Positions 58,958-64,000 of a DNA stretch of 64,000 bases are shown here, in pieces; positions within the stretch are counted from its first letter, which is position 1, and each line of letters opens with the position of its first letter. The DNA is taken from contig JAOPZY010000260.1 in NCBI GenBank assembly GCA_025963875.1, forward strand, positions 583 through 64,582, given 5' to 3'. The notes beneath the pieces were generated by a model. That model did not search any database. It was not told the origin of the DNA and was given only the letters and a program-made list of their open reading frames with translations. Source of the DNA: Actinomycetota bacterium (lineage in GTDB: Bacteria > Actinomycetota > CADDZG01 > JAHWKV01 > JAOPZY01). Both the position numbers and the translations under genes were made by a program.

Positions 58958-59557
58958 GTAGGTGAGCACCCGGACCTGAACTCCACGGCTGCATCGCTGC
59001 TCGGTTTCCTCGAGAGTTACGGACCGATGAGCGGCTACGACATCGTCGGCATGGTGGAGGGGTCGATCGGCTACTTCTGGAACGTCACCCGCAGCCAGGT
59101 CTACCGGGAGCTCAACCGCCTCGCCGAGGCGGAACTCGTCGAGATGGGGGAGTCGGGGGCCAGGGCCCGCCGTCCCTACACCATCACCGGGGCGGGGCGG
59201 CGGGCGTTCCTCAACTGGCTGGCGCTGCCGCCGGGGCCGGACATCATCCGGCTGCCCTTCCTGCTCCGCTACTTCTTCGGCCAGCATCTCGACCCCCAGA
59301 CGCTCCGGGCGTTCGTGACCCTGCACCGGCCCCAGCACGAGCAGCGCCTGCAGTACTTCCAGTCGCTCATCCCCAAGCTCCTCGACGAGCAGCCCTTCAT
59401 GGCCCACGTGGCGGAGCTCGGGGTGGCCTACGAGGAGACGATGCTGGCCTGGTTCGACACGATCCCCCAGGAGCAGGCACGCCAGCAGGCGAAGCGGGAC
59501 CTGAAGGCCGTCCCTCCCGTGCAGGACGCTTCACCGCCGGACTCAGCCTCAGCCTGA
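58958..59557 (+). CDS. PadR-family transcriptional regulator
   Basis: Winged HTH of the PadR type (SGYDIVGMVEGSIGYFWNVTRSQVYRELNRLAEAELVE) plus a C-terminal dimerisation region. Confidence 0.75.
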   Translation, partial: VGEHPDLNSTAASLLGFLESYGPMSGYDIVGMVEGSIGYFWNVTRSQVYRELNRLAEAELVEMGESGARARRPYTITGAGRRAFLNWLALPPGPDIIRLPFLLRYFFGQHLDPQTLRAFVTLHRPQHEQRLQYFQSLIPKLLDEQPFMAHVAELGVAYEETMLAWFDTIPQEQARQQAKRDLKAVPPVQDASPPDSASA

Positions 59558-59612
59558 GCAGCTCTAGGCCAGCGCCTCCATGAGGTCCCCGACCTCCGGC
59601 GTCTCCTGCTCC

Positions 59613-59661
59613 AACGTTTGAGTAAATCCCGCCCCAATGGGGGCGGAAAATGCTCAAACGT
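59613..59661. terminator. Compound inverted repeat (AACGTTTGAG...CCCGCCCC aatg GGGGCGG...CTCAAACGTT) downstream of padR in an AT-rich patch
   Basis: Outer 10-bp arms are perfect and an inner 7-8-bp GC stem is present. A terminator or a small palindromic element. Confidence 0.4.
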
Positions 59662-59698
59662 TTATAGAATAGCGTTATGGAGCCTTGGATGGCGCAGG

Positions 59699-59780
59699 CT
59701 AGATGAGGCCGAAGGTGATGGCGCCCTTCCAGATGGCCCGGTTGCTGGTGGGGGAGCGCTCCGACTTCTTCCCGGCCATG
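59699..59780 (-). pseudogene. ku: Remnant of a Ku (NHEJ) gene: only the N-terminal about 26 codons survive
   Basis: Minus-strand translation from an ATG at about 59777-59779 gives MAGKKSERSPTSNRAIWKGAITFGLI. RAIWKGAITFGL matches the near-invariant Ku N-terminal motif (MRAIWKGAISFGLV). The downstream reading frame has no Ku similarity and runs antisense into padR. Confidence 0.45.
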
Positions 59781-59855
59781 CCCTAGGGTTTCCCAGGCGG
59801 CCTCCGTGCGAAACCGAACAAGTTGCCAGCCTATTTCAACCTTTACCCCTTGCTA

Positions 59856-59874
59856 ATACCGCGAAAGTCGGTAT
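59856..59874. promoter_or_regulatory. Palindrome ATACCG-cgaaagt-CGGTAT about 10 nt upstream of the HTH regulator gene; candidate autoregulatory operator overlapping a TTGCTA -35-like hexamer
   Basis: Seen directly. Confidence 0.3.
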
Positions 59875-59883
59875 GCTGGATTT

Positions 59884-60717
59884 ATGCCTGTGGGAGACGA
59901 CCAGTCGGTCAAAGCTGCAAAAGCTCTCGCGCTGCCCACGCGTTCGGCCATCCTCGCGCACCTGCTGACCTCAGGTCCCCTGACGGCCAAGGAGGTCGCC
60001 GACGAGTTCTCTCTGCACGCCAACGTCGCCCGGGCGCACCTCGACCTCCTCGTCGAGGCGGGGTTCCTGGCCACCGGTGTGCGGCGCAAGCGCAAGGGCC
60101 GGCCCGCCAAGGTCTACTTCACCTGGGAGGGCGAGATGGGCGCCCTCGAGGACTGGGAGGTCTCACCGCAGCCCGGGATCGTGCCGCCGGAGGCCGAGAT
60201 GCTGGTCACCGTGGCCGAGCCGCTGCCGGCCGGACCCAATCCCCACCGGTTGATCGCCGCGATCCTCATCCGCCTCGTCGAGCGCGTCGACGCCCCCACC
60301 CTCTACAGCGTGGCGGAGCAGGTGGCTCGGGAGGAGGGGCGCAAGCTCATGCTCGACTACCGCGACGGGGGCCTCGACTTCGCAGCCGCCGTGCGGGCGA
60401 TGGTCGAGGAGCTCCGCCGGTTCTCGCCCCAGGCCCAGATCGTGCGCCTCTCCCACGACGAAGCCGAGATCGACACCCCCGACTGCCCCTTCCGTGACAT
60501 CGCCCTCGAGCACTCGGATCTCGTGTCGGTCATCGACCCGGCCCTCAAGGAGGGGGCCATGGCCGCCCTCGGGCACCCGAGCGACATCGAGGTCGAGGCC
60601 TCGGTCGCCCGTGGGGATGCGTCGTGCCGGGAGATCATCCGCCGCCGTGAGACAGCCGCTGCAAGCAGTGATGCACGAGAAGCGTCCGTGATTGCGAAAG
60701 GAGTAGAGCATGGCTGA
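59884..60717 (+). CDS. Winged-helix transcriptional regulator with C-terminal Cys-containing putative sensor domain
   Basis: N-terminal ArsR/TrmB-like wHTH (TRSAILAHLLTSGPLTAKEVADEFSLHANVARAHLDLLVEAGFL), then a roughly 170-aa C-terminal domain of unknown function. First gene of a rhodanese/carbonic-anhydrase cluster. Confidence 0.55.
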   Translation: MPVGDDQSVKAAKALALPTRSAILAHLLTSGPLTAKEVADEFSLHANVARAHLDLLVEAGFLATGVRRKRKGRPAKVYFTWEGEMGALEDWEVSPQPGIVPPEAEMLVTVAEPLPAGPNPHRLIAAILIRLVERVDAPTLYSVAEQVAREEGRKLMLDYRDGGLDFAAAVRAMVEELRRFSPQAQIVRLSHDEAEIDTPDCPFRDIALEHSDLVSVIDPALKEGAMAALGHPSDIEVEASVARGDASCREIIRRRETAAASSDAREASVIAKGVEHG

Positions 60718-61558
60718 GTACGTCCATCCCGATGTCCTGATCTCAGACGAGGAGCTCGAAGCGAAGCTGGGAGACCCCTCGATCCGTGTCATTGAGGTCG
60801 ACGAGGACACCTCGCTGTACAGCAAGGGCCACATCCCGGGCGCCATCGCCTGGAACTGGAAGACCGAGCTGCACGACCCGCTCCGCCGGGAGTTCCTCGA
60901 CCAGAAGCAGCTCGGCGCCCTCCTCAAGAAGTCGGGCGTGGGGCCGGACACCACGGTGGTCCTCTACGCCGGCAACAACAACTGGTTCAGCGCCTACACC
61001 TTCTGGCTGCTGCGCTACCTCGGCTTCGACAACGTCAAGCTCCTCAACGGCGGCCGCAAGAAGTGGGAGCTCGAGAGCCGCGAGCTCACGGCCGACGTGC
61101 CCGTTATCGCCCCCGCCACCAGCGCCCCGACCCTCGGCGCGGTCCGGCCGGAGCTTCGTGCGCTGCGCGACGAGGTCCTCAACTCCGTCAAGGCCGGCGA
61201 CAGGGCGTGGGTCGACGTCCGCTCGCCCGAGGAGTTCCGTGGCGACCTCCTCGCCCCGCCGCACCTTCCTCAGGAGCAGGCGCAGGTGCCGGGCCACATC
61301 CCCGGGGCGTCCAACATCCCGTGGAGCAAGGCTGCTGCGGAGGACGGCACGTTCCGCTCGGCCGACGAGCTGAAGGAGCTTTACGGCAACGCCGGGATCA
61401 GCGGCGACACGCCGATCATCGCCTACTGCCGCATCGGCGAGCGCTCGTCGCACTCGTGGTTCGTCCTGACCGAGCTGCTCGGCTACGACAACGTCAAGAA
61501 CTACGACGGGTCGTGGACCGAGTACGGCTCGCTCGTGGGCGTCCCCGTCGAGCGATAA
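60710..61558 (+). CDS. Thiosulfate sulfurtransferase (tandem rhodanese domains)
   Basis: Two rhodanese domains with the catalytic loop CRIGERSS in the second one. Confidence 0.85.
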   Translation: MAEYVHPDVLISDEELEAKLGDPSIRVIEVDEDTSLYSKGHIPGAIAWNWKTELHDPLRREFLDQKQLGALLKKSGVGPDTTVVLYAGNNNWFSAYTFWLLRYLGFDNVKLLNGGRKKWELESRELTADVPVIAPATSAPTLGAVRPELRALRDEVLNSVKAGDRAWVDVRSPEEFRGDLLAPPHLPQEQAQVPGHIPGASNIPWSKAAAEDGTFRSADELKELYGNAGISGDTPIIAYCRIGERSSHSWFVLTELLGYDNVKNYDGSWTEYGSLVGVPVER

Positions 61559-61582
61559 GAGAGCACAGGAGAGGAGACCCCG

Positions 61583-62107
61583 TTGAGCGTGACCGATGAG
61601 TACCTGACGAACAACGCTGCGTATGCCGAGTCGTTCGCCGAGCAGCTCCCGATGCCGCCGTCACGGCAGGTGGCCGTGGTCGCCTGCATGGACGCCCGCC
61701 TCGACGTCTACCGGATCCTCGGGCTGAACCCGGGCGAGGCTCACGTCATCCGCAACGCCGGCGGGGTCGTCACCGACGACGCCATCCGCTCGCTGACCAT
61801 CTCGCAGCGCCTGCTGGGGACCAGGGAGATCATCCTGATCCACCACACCGACTGCGGGATGCTCACGTTCAGCGACGACGCCGTGAAGCGCCAGATCCAG
61901 GACGAGACCGGCGTCAAGCCGCCCTTCGCCCTGGAGGCGTTCCCCGACCTGGACGAGGATGTGCGACAGAGCATCGCCCGGATCCGGGAGAGCCCGTTCA
62001 TCCCCAACAAGAACATCCGCGGGTTCGTGTTCGACGTCGGCTCGGGTCGCCTGAACGAGGTGACCGAGTCCGTCGGCCTGCGGGAGCCGGCGGGGGCCTC
62101 CGCCTAG
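61583..62107 (+). CDS. Beta-class carbonic anhydrase
   Basis: Zn ligands in CMDAR...HTDCG motifs, about 174 aa. Confidence 0.85.
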   Translation: MSVTDEYLTNNAAYAESFAEQLPMPPSRQVAVVACMDARLDVYRILGLNPGEAHVIRNAGGVVTDDAIRSLTISQRLLGTREIILIHHTDCGMLTFSDDAVKRQIQDETGVKPPFALEAFPDLDEDVRQSIARIRESPFIPNKNIRGFVFDVGSGRLNEVTESVGLREPAGASA

Positions 62108-62136
62108 CGCTTGTAGTCCAGCGGTACGCTGTCCGC

Positions 62137-62487
62137 GTGACGGATCCCCTCGACGAGCGTTCGCCCTACCTCGTCGAGGGGATCCGTCTTTTCCGGGCCG
62201 GTGAGTACTTCCTGGCCCACGAGACCCTCGAGGAGCACTGGGCGGAGGCGCCTGCCTCGGAACGGCCGTTCCTCCAGGGCCTGATCCAGCTTGCGACCGG
62301 GTTCCACCACCTTGCCCGTGGCGGGATGGTGGGGGCACGGCTGCAGTTCACGAAGGCCCGGGACCGGCTCTCCGGGTACCCCGATCGCTACGAGGGCGTC
62401 GACGTGGCCGGGATCCGGTCGTTCCTTGCCGATGCCCTGGTGCGGATCTCGGCGGGGGAGCCGATCACGCCGCCGGAGCTCGAGTAG
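62137..62487 (+). CDS. DUF309 family protein
   Basis: The HE.LEE.W motif region (FLAHETLEEHW) typical of DUF309. Confidence 0.65.
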   Translation: MTDPLDERSPYLVEGIRLFRAGEYFLAHETLEEHWAEAPASERPFLQGLIQLATGFHHLARGGMVGARLQFTKARDRLSGYPDRYEGVDVAGIRSFLADALVRISAGEPITPPELE

Positions 62488-62563
62488 GTCGGGGACGCTG
62501 GCGAACTGAGGAGTTTTTTACGCGTGGGACTGCACTTTTTCTCCTCACTTCGTCCGCCAAGCG

Positions 62564-63748
62564 CTACGAGCCCGAGGGGAAGCGCCGCACCTCGACGTTG
62601 GCGAGGGCCTTCTCGACCAGGGCAGGCACATCCAGGACCGCCTCGGCCGCCTCGAGTTCCGGCAGGCGGGCCCGGGTGGCGGCCTGGCGGGGGGCGAAGA
62701 GCACGCAGCAGTCCTGGTGGGGGTCGATGGAGATCTCGTAGGTCCCCACCCGGCGGGCGATGGCCTCGATCTCGATCTTGTCCCGCCCGACGAGTGGGCG
62801 AAGGACGGGCAGGGTCTCGACGACGGCGTCGATGGCCCGCATGTTCGGCAGGGTCTGCGACGCCACCTGGCCCAGGCTCTCGCCGGTGACCAGGGCCTCG
62901 GCCCCCACGTTGAGGGCGAGCGCCTCGGCGATGCGCATCATGAAGCGGCGGTAGAGGACCGTCCGGAGCTCTGCGGGGGCCACCGTCACGATCTCGGCCT
63001 GCACGTCGCCGAAGGGGACGAGCCACAGGTCGATGTCCCGCACCCACGGGGCGAGGTGCTCGGCGAGGCGGGCTGCCTGGCGGGCGCTGGACGGGTCGGA
63101 GAAGGGCTGGCCGTGGAAGTGCACGGCCGTCACCGCCGCTCCGCGTTTGGCCAGCTCCCAGATCGCCACCGGGGAGTCGATGCCGCCCGACAGCAGGGCG
63201 ACGGCACGCCCGGCCGTCCCGGCCGGCAGGCCGCCGGGACCCGGGAGCCGGTTGGCGTAGAGGAAGGCCCGGTTCTGGACCAGCTCGATGTGGCAGGTCC
63301 ACTCACCGTGGGAGAGGTCGACCCGGGCGCCCGTGGCGTCCTTGATGGCCTGGCCGACCACCTCGTTCACCCGCTGGGAGCTCTCCGGGAACGAGGAATG
63401 GCCCCGGCGGGCCCGGACCCGGAACGACTCGAAGGGGGCCTCGCGGGCAAGGTCCAGCGCGGTGGCCACGAGTGAATCGATATCTGCCGGCGACGACACC
63501 GCGGGGGAGAAGCTCGACAGGCCGAACGTCCGCCCGAGCGCCTCGGTGATCCGGTCGAGGTCGGCGTCCTCGGTCAGCTCCACGAGGATGCGTCCCGGGA
63601 TCGCCCGGACCTTGGCATAGCCGGTGTCCCGGAGGCCCCATCGGATGTTCTCGACGAGGCGGCGCTCGAAGAAGGAGCGGTTTCGGCCTTTCAGGCCCAC
63701 CTCGTGGTAGTGGGCGACGATCAGGTCGCGCTTCGGTGTCTCGGTCAT
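62564..63748 (-). CDS. thiI: tRNA 4-thiouridine(8) synthase ThiI
   Basis: THUMP domain plus PP-loop ATP pyrophosphatase motif LLSGGIDSPVA. 394 aa. Confidence 0.9.
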   Translation of the reverse strand: MTETPKRDLIVAHYHEVGLKGRNRSFFERRLVENIRWGLRDTGYAKVRAIPGRILVELTEDADLDRITEALGRTFGLSSFSPAVSSPADIDSLVATALDLAREAPFESFRVRARRGHSSFPESSQRVNEVVGQAIKDATGARVDLSHGEWTCHIELVQNRAFLYANRLPGPGGLPAGTAGRAVALLSGGIDSPVAIWELAKRGAAVTAVHFHGQPFSDPSSARQAARLAEHLAPWVRDIDLWLVPFGDVQAEIVTVAPAELRTVLYRRFMMRIAEALALNVGAEALVTGESLGQVASQTLPNMRAIDAVVETLPVLRPLVGRDKIEIEAIARRVGTYEISIDPHQDCCVLFAPRQAATRARLPELEAAEAVLDVPALVEKALANVEVRRFPSGS

Positions 63749-63758
63749 GGTGTTGCCC

Positions 63759-64000
63759 TCATGATGCCTCGGAGCCCGTTTCGTAGTCCGTTTCGTAGTC
63801 CGTTTGTTCGTCCGTTTCGTAGCCCAGGGAGAAGAGGCGCTCCAGGTCGTGGCGGGAGAAGACCTGCAGGCCGAGGAGGGTCTCGCTGGCGGTGATGCCG
63901 GGGATCTTGTCGATTTGCTGCGTGATCGCCTCGCCCAGCTCTTCCTGGCTGTGGACCCGCACGATCGCCACGAGGTCCCAGGGACCGGCCACCGAGTAGA
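63759..64000 (-). CDS. Lrp/AsnC-family regulator, C-terminal part only (gene continues beyond the window end), with a repetitive acidic tail
   Basis: The RAM/AsnC_trans_reg C-terminal domain (LVAIVRVHSQEELGEAITQQIDKIPGITASETLLGL) is followed by ...GYETDEQTDYETDYETGSEAS. Confidence 0.55.
   Translation of the reverse strand, partial: YSVAGPWDLVAIVRVHSQEELGEAITQQIDKIPGITASETLLGLQVFSRHDLERLFSLGYETDEQTDYETDYETGSEAS
63775..63822. repeat. Four tandem copies of a 12-bp unit (CCGTTTCGTAGT, two perfect and two degenerate) inside the 3-prime end of the Lrp-family gene, encoding (T/E)DYE repeats
   Basis: Seen directly. The repeat is in-frame, so copy-number change would lengthen or shorten the C-terminal tail without a frameshift. 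Confidence 0.7.

Noticed and set aside
59397-59779. 127-codon minus ORF starting with the Ku-like N-terminus as an intact novel gene
   Set aside because: Beyond residue about 26 it has no protein-like composition, is antisense to padR for 160 nt and passes through a long hairpin. It is treated as a pseudogene remnant.

Overview
This is a high-GC (about 70%) chromosomal segment with actinobacterial-type gene content: frequent GTG starts, 4-bp start/stop overlaps and leaderless promoters. No rRNA, tRNA, CRISPR array or intact mobile element is visible.

Gene content in order:
- An ApbE flavin-transferase / ferric-reductase-like membrane module with two small Thr/Ser/Ala-rich membrane proteins.
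- An OmpR/histidine-kinase two-component pair, then a YceI-family protein.
- A secreted lipoprotein with an internal tandem duplication.
- A PHB-depolymerase-like esterase and a HAD hydrolase.
- An ACT-domain protein and an acyl-CoA ligase.
- A complete LivJHMGF branched-chain amino acid ABC transporter.
- A YjbQ protein, an ArsM-like methyltransferase, a patatin-like phospholipase and a PAS-GGDEF-EAL protein.
- A MazEF module, an amidase, GreA, TrpF and a deazaflavin-nitroreductase-family protein.
- Two more toxin-antitoxin modules (VapBC-like and MazEF) directly upstream of sufB.
- sufB-sufD-Rieske-sufC, then about 9.3 kb of other genes before sufS-sufU. The intervening block carries a secreted NPP-family phosphodiesterase, VapBC, a CMD-family protein, pstSCAB with an in-frame amber codon in pstB, and an SBP56-family protein.
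- The glyoxylate-shunt genes aceA-aceB with a divergent RamB-like regulator.
- A PHA locus: XRE regulator, phasin-like protein, phaJ-like, phaC and two 3-hydroxyacyl-CoA dehydrogenases.
- aceE, pyk, a second patatin, a PadR regulator, an HTH regulator with rhodanese and a beta-carbonic anhydrase, a DUF309 protein, thiI and the C-terminus of an Lrp/AsnC regulator.

I did not find a single obvious new multigene system. The most unusual items are:
- a vestigial Ku N-terminus (RAIWKGAITFGL) in an intergenic region;
- pstB interrupted at the Walker-A lysine codon;
- the suf operon split by an inserted gene block;
- four TA modules that share a leaderless -10 architecture, two with an identical 13-mer;
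- an in-frame 12-bp repeat at the 3-prime end of an Lrp gene;
- several strong palindromes that look like operators.

Many long ORFs in the six-frame track are GC-frame shadows and were ignored. Coordinates I counted by hand from the sequence may be off by 1 nt.
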